From Amoebidium appalachense (Eukaryota > Protista > Ichthyosporea), in NCBI GenBank assembly GCA_963693365.1, contig CAVNZM010000001.1, positions 13,192,418 to 13,256,417 on the forward strand: a stretch of DNA of 64,000 nucleotides, read 5' to 3'. The position numbers and the translations under genes were made by a program. Below the pieces are notes generated by a model. The model saw nothing but the letters and a program-made list of their open reading frames with translations, was not told where the DNA came from and made no database searches. Every line of letters starts with the position of its first letter. Within the stretch, counting starts at the first letter, position 1. Shown here in pieces: positions 24,098-37,403 of the stretch.

Positions 24098-25456
24098 GGG
24101 GGATTCTGTGTGTCCGTGTGTTGTCTTGGGTGGTATGTGTGCCTGTGTCGTGTCTGTGTCGTTTGGTGGGTGGGGGGGTGGGTGGGTGGATGTGGGTGGC
24201 GGTGTTAGGGTTGGTGGTGGTGGTGGGGGGGGGTTGGGGAGGGGATGGGAGGGGGGGAGAGGTAGGGAAAGGGGATGATTTAAGGGGAGTGCTTCAATCA
24301 TGTTCTTGTGTTACTGGCTGGTATGGTGTGCAAACGGAATGCTCCGTGAGGGGGAGGGGGAGGGGGGCGCGTGAGGGGGAGGGGGAGGGGGGCGGGGTGT
24401 GTGTGTGTGTGGGTAGGGGGGGGGTACACGTGTGTTTGTGTGTGTTTGGGGGATGTCTGAGGTGGTGGCGGCGATGGTGTTTGTGTGTGTATGATGGTCG
24501 TGGTGCTGGTGATTGGGTTGGTGAGTGTGTGTGCGTTTTTTTGGGGGGGGTTTTTTGGGGGGGGGGGGGGGGGGGGGGGGGGAGGGGAAGGGGGGGGGGG
24601 GGTGGGGGTTCTTCGTAAGGCTGACCTTGCTGGTGCAGGTGGGGCCCAACGGTGTGGGCAAGACAACACTCATCAACTTGTTTGCTGGCAACATCCAGCC
24701 AATGGATGGCACGGTACGTGAACCATATATGGAAATGGGGGCGGGTTGTAGTTAGATCGGCCAATGGACAGCCCGGTGGGTGAACCATATATGGAAATGG
24801 GGGAGTGTTGTGGTTAGATCGGCCAATGGACGGCACGGTGGGTGAACCATATATGGAAATGGGAGCATGGTTGGTGTGCCCTTTTTTTGGCGCATATATT
24901 ATTCAGCTATCCAATCACCTTCTATCTGAATATCTATCCAGTCAACCACCAAGATTAGGCCACTTATGCCGTTCACCTCTACAGCCCCTCCCTCCTCCCT
25001 CCCTCATCCTGCATGCATCTCATTCCCACCCCTCTCTCCCCCCTCTGCAGGTACGTCGCAACAAGTACCTGCGAACGGCCATCTTCAACCAGCATGCAGT
25101 CGACAACATCAGCACACACCAGACTGCGGTGCGTGCTTGCAAACAGAAGGGGGGGGGGGTTGCACATGCAGGGGGTTGCACATGCACGGACTTGGCACAA
25201 AATACGTGTAGGTGGGTGCATGCGGTATGGGCCAACCGGCCATGCTCTTGCACTGCCCAATAGGTGCATGAGGAATATAACCTTTTTAGCTTCTAACATC
25301 ATGTCACCCTACAGGTGCAGCTGCTGCAGAACAAATGGGCGGCAACCATTGGCCGGGAGTCACGTGAGCATGCGCTGTCACACCTGGAGCTGTTTGGCAT
25401 CGACAGCATGCATGCATCGTGCCCTCTCGCCACCTTGTCGGATGGCATGGTGGGTG

Positions 25457-25509
<53 letters not shown>

Positions 25510-26065
25510 GTTTGTTTGGCTGTGTGCCTGGATGGGTTCTGCTTATGACGCATACTGTGCGCATGGCTGATGTTGCATACTTGAATGTTTGCCTTTGCAT
25601 GTGTCCTGCACCATGCTTCTCATCGTGTACGCGTACTTCGTACCGTCTTCCGCATTCAACCCCCCCCCCCCCCCCCCCCCCCTCCGTTTTTTGGCCAGAC
25701 GCTGTACCAATGAGGCAGTCTCAAGGGGATTTATGCCTGTTTGTATTGGAGGTAAAGGGAGTTGGGGGGGGGGGGGGGGGGGGGGGGGATGGCAGGAGCT
25801 GCAATGCAACAGATTTCTAGCAGGTGGCTATGAGGGTGTGTGAGATCTTTGCTGCACCCTCGTTCCTGTTGCACTTGCTGTGTGGGGGGACACTCACACG
25901 TCTACCCCCACCAGCGTGCCCGTGTTGTGTTTGCCCTGACCTGCCACAACGACCCCCACATCATGCTGCTGGACGAGCCCACAAACCACCTCGGTAAAAA
26001 GTCCCCCTCCCCCCTCCCCATCCCACCCGCCACCCCGCCCGCCCCCTCCCCCTCCCCCCTTCCCC

Positions 26066-26141
<76 letters not shown>

Positions 26142-26611
26142 ACCCCTTCCCCTCTGAGCCAAAGAAAATCCCCCAAACCCCAGCCCCTCTCAAGCCCCTC
26201 ACCTTCCGGGCAGTGTGCAGAGTTCGTGCCTTGTGCATATCCTGTCGGGTGATGCATATGCTCTTGTTTTGTTTTGTGGAGAGACATAATGGGTGGCTCT
26301 CATGGTGAAGAAGGGAGAAGAGGGCTGGGAGTGGCGTAACTAATTAGCTCGAGGTGAGCGTAGGGTGGTGGTCTCTGGGTGCCTGGGCCTTATGGTTGGT
26401 TAAAGCATACAGAGGATTTTTTGTGGTTGCATCTCTTAGTGAGCTCACCACTCGCTGCATGTCGGTGTTTGCATGAGACGCAGATACTGGCACAAATATG
26501 CCCTGTACACACACATGCTCACTCACTCACTCAATTGCCTCTCACTCACACTCTCACCCACCCACCCGCCCACCCACTCACTCACTCACTCACTCAACTC
26601 TCGCACACGCA

Positions 26612-26652
<41 letters not shown>

Positions 26653-27335
26653 CTGGACGCAATCAATGCCCTGATCGATGCCATCAACCGCTATGTGGGA
26701 GGCATAGTGATGGTGTCCCACGACACCCACCTAATCAGCAGCACCTGCAACCAAATATGGTACGAACCCTTTTACAATAATGAATATAATAATAATAACA
26801 ATAGTAGTAATTTTTAATACAATTTTTAATTAAATTTCAATACCCTAAAGTCCATCCTGCAGATCAAGTACACATTCATGGATTCCATCATAAGCCGCAA
26901 GGGGAAGCGCAGGGGGAAGGGGGGGGGGGGGGGGGGGGGGGGGGAGGGATGTACATGCAGGTACTTTCGTCCATTCATACATCTCAAGCCACACCCCATG
27001 AATCCCTCCCCCCCCCCCCCCCCCCCCTTCCCCCCCCCTCTCCCTCCATCCCCCACATGCCCCTTTTTTCTCCCCTCACCCCCTTCTCTTCCGCCCTCCC
27101 CCCTCCCCCCCCCCTCCCGATTTTTTCTCTTCCTCTCTATCCGTGCCCCCCTCCCCCCCTCCTTTGGCCAAACCTCTGCTCACACGGACCCTTTTCTTGC
27201 TGCAGGGTGTGTGGGCGTGACCAGCGTGTGACCCCCTACGAGGGCACCTTTGACGAGTACAAGAGGCAGCTGGTGAAGGAAATGAGGGAGGACCACGTGC
27301 TCGTAAATGAGACAAAGGGGCTGGCCCTGAGCTAG
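17164..27335 (+). CDS. ABC-F family soluble ATPase, ~599 aa, 17 exons (17164-17307, 17652-17735, 18149-18277, 19219-19314, 19884-19969, 20201-20384, 20911-21027, 22556-22651, 23028-23111, 23454-23511, 23901-24016, 24639-24713, 25051-25128, 25315-25449, 25915-25993, 26651-26759, 27206-27335)
   Basis: Two NBDs and no TM segments: GRRYGLVGRNGTGKS, LSGGWRMRLALA, LLLLDQPTNHLD, VVSH; linker QQREYDAQQKKIAQL; VGPNGVGKT, FNQH, LSDGMRARVVFA, MLLDEPTNHLD, VSHD. All introns are GT-AG with compatible phases and exons total 1800 nt. Confidence 0.93.
21073..21895. repeat. Compound GT-rich minisatellite (~40-bp unit GTGTGGCTGTGTCGCTGTGTGAATGTGTGGATGTGTGC)
   Basis: Visible tandem array in ABC-F intron 7. It is the source of the spurious ~300-400 aa HT-rich ORFs. 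Confidence 0.92.
24698..24865 (+). repeat. Three tandem ~62-bp units starting inside ABC-F exon 12 and spanning the donor site
   Basis: GCCAATGGA.GGCACGGT..GTGAACCATATATGGAAATGGG repeated at ~24698, ~24760 and ~24822. Confidence 0.85.
25530..25659 (+). mobile_element. Diverged copy of the C-tract-associated repeat family
   Basis: GGATGGGTTCTGCTTATGACGCATACT ... GTACTTCGTAC...CGCATTCAA followed directly by a C-run. A related fragment lies at ~22303-22388. Confidence 0.6.
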
Positions 27336-29219
27336 TATTAATGGCAGGCGCACACATGCACACAGACACTTATACACACACTAGGATGCAGGCGCACTAC
27401 TGCATGCACACACACACACACACACACACACATGGGCACACGTGTGTGTGCGCACTCGCACGGCCGCGTACATACCCACATGCATGCACACACACGGACA
27501 CACGCTCGAGCACACACATGCACACGCAGACGCGTCACGCAGACACACACGAACATATTATAATGTTGACACCACGTAAGCCCCTCAATTGCGACTCGAG
27601 GCCTGCTTTCTTGCACCACCGTTTTATCCAATCTGCCTTGATCTTATATGGGCTGAGTCTCTCGGCCAGGGAACGAAACGGCAACGAATTATGTGAGTGC
27701 CAAGACGTTATGTGTGTGTGAAAACATGTGTGAAGGACTCTGGTATTCGTAACGAAGGCACGCGAATGGATGCACGCTCATAACGGCGAAAAGTTTTTGT
27801 TTCTTTTTTCGTGTTTTCTCTCAGGGTCTCATTAGAAGGTATGGTTGACTGCCGCTCTTCGAAACCAACCGCGTTTTATGAATAACACCTAAAATATGCA
27901 AAATGTTTTTATAAAACAACCAAAAAAGTAGGAATAAAGCGAAGTTTTGTTTATGATGTATGTTAGTTTTACTCTACAACTATGGGAGTTTTATCACCCA
28001 GGTATGTGTGTTGTATAAACCGTTTGTTGCACTACCCTTGTATATGAATTTGATCGGCCACAAGTCATGACATTAAAGACATACCACTGCCCGGTGCATG
28101 GGGGGCATCAACTCTTTCAACTCATTATGGGCCTTGATCACACACACCTTGCAGTGAACCTGCAAACCCCCCCCCCCCCCCCCCCCCTGCCCCGACGCGA
28201 CAACGTTAACCCCGACGTCTCCAGTAATCAAAAGGGTTGATGCCCCCCATGCACATAATATCCGGCCCCCGCCGGCTGCAAACACACCCATATGAATGTT
28301 TAAAGCACGTGTAGTATAGCCAAAAATCCAGCACTGTGGGCACCCAGCGTGTGCAGCTGGTGGCGTGTGCAGCTGGTGGCATGTTCCTGGGGCTGGGAAC
28401 CAAATTTGACCTGTGTATAATGTGTGCACAGATAAAACGAACCGTATACAGACATAATGTATACTGTTGACGTCTTGCACCACTATGCCGCACCATCACT
28501 CATGAACCCGGCGGTGTGCACGTGGTATGGGGTTGGGTGTACGTGCAGATATGGCCAGGGTGGCAAACAACGTGTGATGATGCAGCCAGGTGACATGTGT
28601 CCGGCCATAGTGTACCGAAAAGGTGCAGGCGTGTATATTGTATTTGCATGTGTGCATTTTTGTACCAGATTTTATAAGTGCAATATGTATATGAGTCGGG
28701 TGCACGGTGGGTGCACCATGCATGGGAGGCAGCGAGGGGGGGGGGGAGGAGAAGGGGGTGGGGGGAGGGGAAGGGGGTAGGGGAGGGGGGCGGGGGGAGG
28801 GGGGGGATTGTTGTTGTTGCTTGAAACTTCGAGTGTGTTTTGCAACAATGTGCATGGCATTGCACAGTGTCGCTCGCTCACACACCTGCTTGTTCATGTA
28901 CACGTATGTGCGTGTTGGCTGTACGCCCGCGCACACGTGTGTGTGTGTGTGTACAGATCTGTATTTGTGAGAGTTTGTGTTTAAGGTATACGTAGATTAA
29001 GTATTTGGAAGCGGAACGTTATTAGCATATAATATGTACAATGTGCGTGGCCGAGTGCATTCACGTCAAGTAATGCAGCCACATGCCCATGCTCAGTGCT
29101 ACGCCTTTCACAACCTAATAGGCTGCACACAGGCAGCCACAAACAATCGAACATGTGTGTGCACACGTACACCTCCGTTCTGTAAACACATTCATTCATT
29201 CCTGCAGCCCCTACAGCCC

Positions 29220-29254
<35 letters not shown>

Positions 29255-29471
29255 ACCCACCACCACCACCACCACCACCACCCCAACCCCCCGGGACATT
29301 TCCTGGATTTCCCGGGTCCCTTGAAGTTCCCCCAGTCCCCCCGGGACATAATGCTAACATCTCACACAGGCTCTCATATCATTCTCCCCCCCCCCCCCCC
29401 GCGACCCCCCCCCCCCCGACCCCCCCAACACACACACGCCTTCCTCCCCCCCCCCCCCCCCCTCCTCTCCC

Positions 29472-29937
29472 CTACGAGTCGACAATCTTGAGCATGGGAT
29501 TGGCTGCCAATGACGTCATGTCACTCAGCAGGCTGGCCACCTGATATCGAAGATCATGGAACTTTTCCACGCTCATCTGATTGGTGCATGGGTTAGCAGC
29601 CAGTGACATGCCGGTTGGAAAAAACTCGAAAAAGAGTAAACATGTACCCAACTCGATATTAAAGAATTAGGTGAAAGTGAACACCAAAGAGCGGAACCAC
29701 CCATAGTGCAGGTGGAGCAGAGCAGGGTTGGAAATGATGTACAAGGCCTAGCATGGAAAAGCCAACAAGTGGGCAGAACCGGAAGAAAAAGAGGAGAGGA
29801 GAAAGCAAATGACGGTGCCACAAAATGAAGCAGGGAAACAGACACACAGAGAGGAGGGCAACAACATTGAAATAGTAATCATATTGCCTAACCGACCGTC
29901 CAGCCTGCCAGCCGTGGGGGAACACGGGTCCGGGGGT

Positions 29938-29973
<36 letters not shown>

Positions 29974-30204
29974 ACCAAGATCAGACCCATAGTCGGCAAA
30001 TGAGGCTCAGCCAAAAGGGAAAGAAAATGACGTGAGGAGAAAGGCTCAAGTAGTGGAGGGCAAAGTGTGTGATGTGGTGTGCTGCACGGGGACACACCAG
30101 AGGGGAATGCCCACCCGAAAACTGAAGGAGGGAGAGGGGGGGGGGGGGGGGGGGGGGGGACTGAAGGGGGGAGGAGGAGGAAGAGGAGGGGGGGGGAGGG
30201 GTGT

Positions 30205-30243
<39 letters not shown>

Positions 30244-30417
30244 CAACAGAGCAAAGAGTTGAAGGAAACCCAGAGGGGATATGATGGTATCTGGAGGCAA
30301 AAGAAAAAGGGGCCAGGGTCAGAGAAACCGGAGGGTTATGGCAGTCTTGTGGTGGTGATGGCGGTGGCGGTGGTTGGGGGGCGGGGGGCAGGGGCGGGGG
30401 CGGGGGTGTGTGTGTGT

Positions 30418-30452
<35 letters not shown>

Positions 30453-30566
30453 TGAACACCTCTAATTGGTGGTTTTTGCCGTCACTAGTGGCCAGATGGA
30501 GGGTGACGGTCGGTTGGTTGCAGCGCAGCAGATGACTGGTCGAAACAGACACATCAACACGCCACT

Positions 30567-30613
<47 letters not shown>

Positions 30614-31607
30614 GGGTGAGACAGAAGATGGGCAAGGAGTAAAGAGGAAGGGAAGAGTGTGTTGGACAGAACAAGAGTTAGAAAAACAAAAGAATGGGAA
30701 GAGTGGCAGCCGATGTCTGTCCCTGATGTGTGTGTGTGTGGATGATGATGGCAGGGACATGTGCCTGTGTGTGCCTGTGCAGACTGTGTCTGTGGTGTGC
30801 ATGTGCCGGTGCTTGCCCGTGTACCTGTGTCTGCATGTATGTGCCTGTGTGTATCAGCATGTGCGTGCATATCCCTGTAGGTGCACTCACCATGCACACA
30901 TGCTCGTCCCTCCAAGTAAAAGTCACCGCACAAGGAGAATGCAGCGACCATACACAGAGTTGGCCATTTACATATGTTTTGTCAATGAAAAACCAGCAAA
31001 ACGATCAACACAAACCCCGATGGAAGCACCCAAAACCAAGACTTCATGACCGTAAAAACATACGACAGAATATCCACATGATAAGAAATGAATGGAAATA
31101 TGGAGGTAGGCACCTACCCTGACTCCGGTCAGGCCTGGATACTGTCTATTCTGTGATGACGCTAACTTATCAAATGATGCCCGCCTGCAAGTTTCTATGG
31201 TCAGTGTATTGATATGCGTAAGAGAAAAAAGGACTGTGAGAGAATGATGCTAATGGCAATCCAAATTATGGGTAATGATGGTGGTGAAAACAAAAGCGAT
31301 CTTGAAGAAGATGATACTAGTGGTAATGTGTTAAAAATATTGAAATCATTGCCGTGAATATTTTCACGCTGGTGGACTTTTTCTTGCTCTCCCCCACACC
31401 CCCACCCCCGCCCGTCCGGACACACTGTACACACACACAACACCCTCCCCCCTCCCCCCCCCCCCCCCCCCCTCTCCAAAAAAAAAAAAAAAAAAAAAAA
31501 AAAGCTTCTGTACCAGGTAGCAAAGTTAGGGTGGGCCGTACAGGTGTGGACATGTGCCACTGTTAGTAGTTGGTTTGTGTGTGTGTGTGTGTGTGTGTGC
31601 GTGTGTG

Positions 31608-31670
<63 letters not shown>

Positions 31671-31671
31671 A

Positions 31672-31717
<46 letters not shown>

Positions 31718-32824
31718 GATTTTTCTTCTTTTCTTTTCTTCGCCGGGGGGGGGGAGGGGGGGGGGGGGGGAGGGGCAGGGGAGAGGGGGAGGAGTTTGGG
31801 GGGGAGGGGGGGAGATGGACGAAGGTTTGGGGGGGAAAGGAGGGGAGGAGCGGGGGTAAAGGGGGGGGGGGGGGGCTGGGGGGAGGAAACCGTTTGGTCG
31901 TCCCCTGTTGTCAAATACGTTAGGATGAGCGGAAAGGAGACCCCCTAGGGTAGGGGAGAGGGGAAGGGGGGGGGGGGGGGGGGATGGGGAAGATAAGAGG
32001 GAGGGGGGGGATATAATTATGCCTGCTCACCTTGGGGCCAACACAGCGTCTATGATGTGGTGGTGCAGGTGTGAGGGCACAGACAGACTGGACAGCAGTG
32101 TGGCCAGGCTGGTGGGGGTGTGGGCTGTGGCTGGGGGGCGGAGAAGAGCACGAAGTAATTGGTCAAACCCTGCAGAGGGGGAGGGGGGGGGGGGGGGGGT
32201 TGGAGGCACTTAAATGGTAATTGTGGGTTTTTCATGGGATGAGGATGACGGGAAGAATGTATCCTTTGTTTTGTCTAGGCAAGGTGGGCGCGTGGCCCGC
32301 ACTGGGGGGGGGAAGGGGGGGGGGGGGGGGGGGGGGGGGGGGAGAGGAGGTTGGATGGGCAAGGAATAAGGGCAAGGGTTGGTTTGGCGACTGGGGACCG
32401 CAACGGGGCGCCGGGAGGGGGGGGGGGGGGGGGGGGGGGGGGGCGGGGGGAGGTTAAATCGGTGCAGAAAAAACAAAAACTTTCTTCGAGTTACGGCCAC
32501 ACAGAAGTATTCGGTTTTCAGCAGAGGGTATCCAAAGCAAGTGGGGCTTTCTAGAAATGTACATATGGGAGGGGGGGAAGAAGGGGGAGGAGGAAGGGGG
32601 TGGGTGAGTGGGTGGGTGGGTGGGGGGGAGGAAGAGGGGGTGGATGGGTAGGTGGGTGGGTGGTGGTGGGGGGGGGGGGGAAGGGGGGGGGGGAAGAGGG
32701 GGGAAGAGGGGGAGGGGGGAGGGGGAGTAGTTACCAAGTAAGATGGTGGTTGTCTGCTGGGGCGTAAAGGGTAGGGCTAATAGGGAAGGTGGGACAGGCT
32801 CACCAAGCACCCGGCATACAGTGG

Positions 32825-32917
<93 letters not shown>

Positions 32918-33655
32918 TGCGTGCGGGTGTTTGCGTGCGCGTGCGTATGTGTTTGTGTGTGTGTGCGCGCACCCGTGTGGATGCATGTATTTGTGCATAC
33001 CTGTGTAGGTTTGTGTGTGCATGTGCACATGCAGGCGTGTTTTTGTGTGTCTGGGTGTCTGTTTGTGCCTGTGTGCGGAGTTGTGGTGAATGTGTGTGGG
33101 TATATGAACAGGAACGGTGCGTATATGCATAAAAAACGGAGAGCGTTAATTTACAGATTGCCCTTCTTCGGCTTGTGCCTTATTACACAGAACTGGTGCT
33201 CAGCGAGTTTGCTCCTCAGACCCACCTTCCCGCACTCAAATTTCGTTCCCATTCTCCCTCAACCACTGTTTCCACGAGCAGGTTCTCAACATCCCTAGCT
33301 TCAAAGCTTCCACCTCTGCACCGAAATGCATTCATTTCCTGTGCAGGATTGCTTTGCGCAGGTAACGCTCGTGCCAATAAAATAAATGCGGCTGTGTGTT
33401 GAATTCGCTCACACATAACTGTTATGTGTGCGTGCATGCTTCTGTATCCATATGCCCCCCTATACATGTGCGTGTTAGCTCTATCTTCTACACCACATAC
33501 AAATGCCTAGGCGTGTTTCTCTGTGCTTACGTGCACGCACCCTCCCAGGCCACCACCGCTGCTTCCGTAGCTGTGGCCCCAACCACCTCCAGGGCGGCTT
33601 TGAGCTGCGGCAGGCTGTCGGCTGTCAGTGTGGGTGGCCGCTCGACCTTCGCCAT
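29472..33655 (-). CDS. COMMD5: COMM domain-containing protein 5 (Commander/CCC complex), ~183 aa; exons 33655-33541, 32824-32804, 32169-32031, 31184-31118, 30564-30460, 29576-29472
   Basis: C-terminal QYPGLTGVR|[35 protein letters not shown]|[20 protein letters not shown] matches the COMMD5-type COMM domain (WRVDVxISTS...KFxxLRYxVA). Phases are consistent. The ORF track does not recover it as a gene. Confidence 0.85.
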
Positions 33656-36046
33656 CGTGCCTACTTTGCGCAAGGACGTACTTGTGTGTGCCTTTGTGCC
33701 TGTACACCCTGTGTGCCTATGTGCGTGTGTGCGTGCACGTGCGTGAACGTGTGTGCTTGTATGTTCGCAAGAGGATTATGGCGGTATGTATACGGTGTAG
33801 ACGAGTGCGAGCTTTCACAAGAACCTTGCAAGTGTTTTTCTGTGTGCAAAATAAAAGAATTGGAACATTGGTCGCTGGTGGGTGGTATGGTTTGGCAACG
33901 ACTACATGTATTTGTAGCGGCGGCCATTTTGTGTGAGATTTAGTCTAACAATGTAAACGCAGATGGCTCAAATATTCAGCAACGCCGGCCTCATTTGAAG
34001 CTTTGATGACGTATCATAGGCCGACTACACTTTCTGGCACGATTACGTAATCGTGAGGAAAAGTTGCGGTGCAAGTTTCGGTGGGTACGTCTGTGCATGT
34101 GCATACTATTGTGCGTGCATGAAAAAGACCAAGAAGATTTGGTGTAGTTTCCAGTTTGTCTCAACGTACACCAAGTGAGCGCATTTTTTTGCTTGTCCTG
34201 CGCTTGCCAGCATGCAGCGAGAGTTGGAAAGGCGTGGAAAAATGAGTAAGGAAGCGGCCGGGAAGGGGTGTGTGAGATCTGGGTGAGTGGTGGGGAGGGG
34301 CGGGGCGGGGGGGGGGGGGGGGGGGGGGAGTGGGGGAGGGTATTGGGATTTCGGGGAGGTAGAGCTATATTTTTTCTCCATACCCCTGTTACTGCTAGCA
34401 ATTGTAGCGAACAGATGCGAACCAGACTCAACTGACTGGAGGGGAAACTGAAACGTTAGCATGGCCAACGGAGCAAAACAGGAGCGCTTGTACATTTGTG
34501 CGCGTGCTTGTGCAGCGTTCGTCAGTGTACTGCAGTGTGCTACGTGTGTACTCGCGTGCACGTGTCACGGGGAGCAGGGAAGGGAGGGGGGAGCGAGGGG
34601 GATCTAGGGAGGGTGGGGAGGAAGGGGGCGAGGGAGGGGAGGAGGAGGGGAGAAGAAAGAGAGCGGATAGATCTAGAGGAGAGAGAGAGAGAGGTATCTA
34701 TATAGGAAGAACTAGAGAGGGGAGGGGAGAGCGGGGGGGGGGGGGGGGGGGGGGGGGGAGGCGAGAGAGCGAGCGAGAGACGGAGAGGGGGGCGGGGGGG
34801 GTTAGGAGAGAGAGAGAGCAGAGATGGGAAAGGTGGGGAATCGGGTGAGGGACCTCAGACAGCTTTTTCGATTGCAAAGTATTGTACAGGTTCGATTCTT
34901 CAACTCGGGTTACGGAAATTTGAAGACAGACTTTGCGAAGATGTGCACCGTTGAACCAGCTCGTTGAACCAGGACCCTGCCGTCAGGCTGCCGCACGCAC
35001 ACAGCTAGGTCCCAGTGTCTTACTTGGCTGGGCCGAGTGGCCGCATGACAGGGAGGTAGCTGCAACTGCAACGCGTCCTAGATAAGCCGAAATGGCGACT
35101 GTGTTTGGCACGGGCCACGGCACACTCACAGGCCTTGCCTCCTTGCATACAGGCTGCATGCACTCACGGGAAACGCGCGCAGCTGCGTAGTGTTGCAAAG
35201 GAATTGGGAGCAGGTTTATAAACTGACTACCTTGGATTCCTCAAACTGCCCCGTCATGTGTAGAGGTTGCGTATAGAGTTCTCGTAGAAAGAGCTGTAAA
35301 GTCTAGATCTTTTTTCCATTCAATACCTTGTATAAGTGCTGTAGATACAGAATCCCGTCATCTGTTGGAGTTCACAGCTTGATTTACACCATTCTATTAG
35401 CTATCCTGTCATGCCGTTTGTCATGCCGTTGAGTGATTCTGATATGTTCGGTCATACATTTGTAGCCCTGGCTACTTGATATTCTATTCGTAGAATATCA
35501 TGTAGTAGGTGTGTGCGGTATGTGAACCCATACCAGCAGATAAAACCGTATTGTGGCATCCTCGAAAATAGCACACAACTAGGCCTGCTCGATGATGTCA
35601 CAAGTCTTACCTAAGTGTACATTACCGCGCCACATACAAAATATGGTGAATAAGGTACAGTTCTAGAACTATAATTATAGGATTATCTTGTTGTAGTCAT
35701 TTCAACATTACTACCCTGCACCCCTGTTTATCTGGCGCTCTTTATCTGTCAACTTCTGGGATCTGTCATTTCAACTCGTTTATGTGAGTGAATCAGTTAT
35801 AACAACGAGGAATGGGTCTTTGGTTCCGAAGCGCTTGTCAGCTGCCACAGCTGCAAATAGAACTTGATGATCTTTTCGCTGTAATACACATGCCGCTGAG
35901 TATACGTAGAGAAACTCCGAGAAACGTAAAAGCACCAGACGTGTATTCCAGTATACTTCATATTGATGTTTTGAAGGCACGCATGCACGCTAACGCATCC
36001 TTTTTTACAAGAATTCCGCACGCACATACACCAAGTATCAACGTAC

Positions 36047-36080
<34 letters not shown>

Positions 36081-36098
36081 GTCAAACACACACTCAAC

Positions 36099-37372
36099 AT
36101 GGCAGAGCCTCAGAATGGTACAACAGGCAAGGGTAAGGAGGCATCCACCCTTCATTCCCGCGTGACCGAGCGCACAGCGCCACCCACCAAGGTAGGCAAC
36201 AAGAACTGGGACGAGTTGAATCCTCGCCTCGTGTGCCCTTGGGACGTGGCAAGTGACCCCCCAACCCCCCAAGCCACCACATCTGCAGAGCCAGCCATCA
36301 CACCCCGAAACCAGCGTTCAGCCTCACAGCCCAGCATACCCAAGGACGTGGTTGACTCTATTAGGCCAACACAAACGGCGGCGGAGCTCAAGACGGGAAA
36401 GGCACCCATTGACACGTGCCTAACGGAAACTCCAGAAAACGGTGACGAGGGGAAACATGATGGAGAGCACAGCAGGACAGAAAACAAATGGTCGCGTCTG
36501 TCGTTAAAAAACACGTTTTTCAAAAATAAACACGCGCACGAAGAACACATGGAACACACGGCAGAGGGCGCAGAGGGGAGTGAACCGGCAGCAGGGGAGC
36601 ACAGGAAGGGGTCATGGGGGACTATCTTGCGCCTGTCCACACACAAAACGAAGGAGGCACACAGAAACTCGCTCGCAGTTGAGGAGGGAAGCTCACGGTC
36701 TGTTTCAGACACGGCTGTGATGGGCAAGGCGTTAGAACCCCCCTCGGTAGAGTTTGAGGGGCCGGACGGTGGGGAAGTTTCGGAGGGGGGCATGGGAGGA
36801 CGCAAGGGGTCTTCCTCTCACAGCAACATGCTTCACGTTGGAGAAAATGCAAGCACGGCAAGCATAGGGCCAAGCACACAGGGGGACAACGAGGTCACCC
36901 CGTGGGAGGCCGCCGAGGAGCTGCCCAGGTCGAAGCTGGTGACGGTGGAGGTGGTGATGGTGGGCGCCAACTCGCGCCTGGCAGAGGGGGCACACGCAGA
37001 GGATGGAGATAGTGTGTGCCCGTGGGAGGCCTTTGAGCCGGCACGGCAAGACCAGAACGCCAGGTGTGTGTATGTGTGTGTGTGTGCTGGTGGTGTTGGT
37101 GGTGGTGGGGTTGGGGAGAGGGGGGGGGAGGTGTGTATGTTTGGGGGGGGGGGGGGGAGGGGGGGGAGGGGGGTGTATGCGTGTGCGTGTGCGTGTGTGT
37201 GTGCGTGTGTATGTCGAGGCAAGGGCAGGGGGTACGATTTTGCACTAGCAATGTGTTAGAGGAGGAGTATGGTGAACAGAAGTCGAAGGAGCTTGTTGAG
37301 AGGTCTGAGGGGATGGGAATTTTGAGGCACTTGTTTCCTGCGGCGTTCTCCCCCTTCCGCTGTGTTGGTGCA

Positions 37373-37403
<31 letters not shown>

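Noticed and set aside
31500-31560. Candidate COMMD5 exon with AG/GT borders
   Set aside because: Contains a stop codon in the required phase. The exon at 31184-31118 fits both phase and homology.
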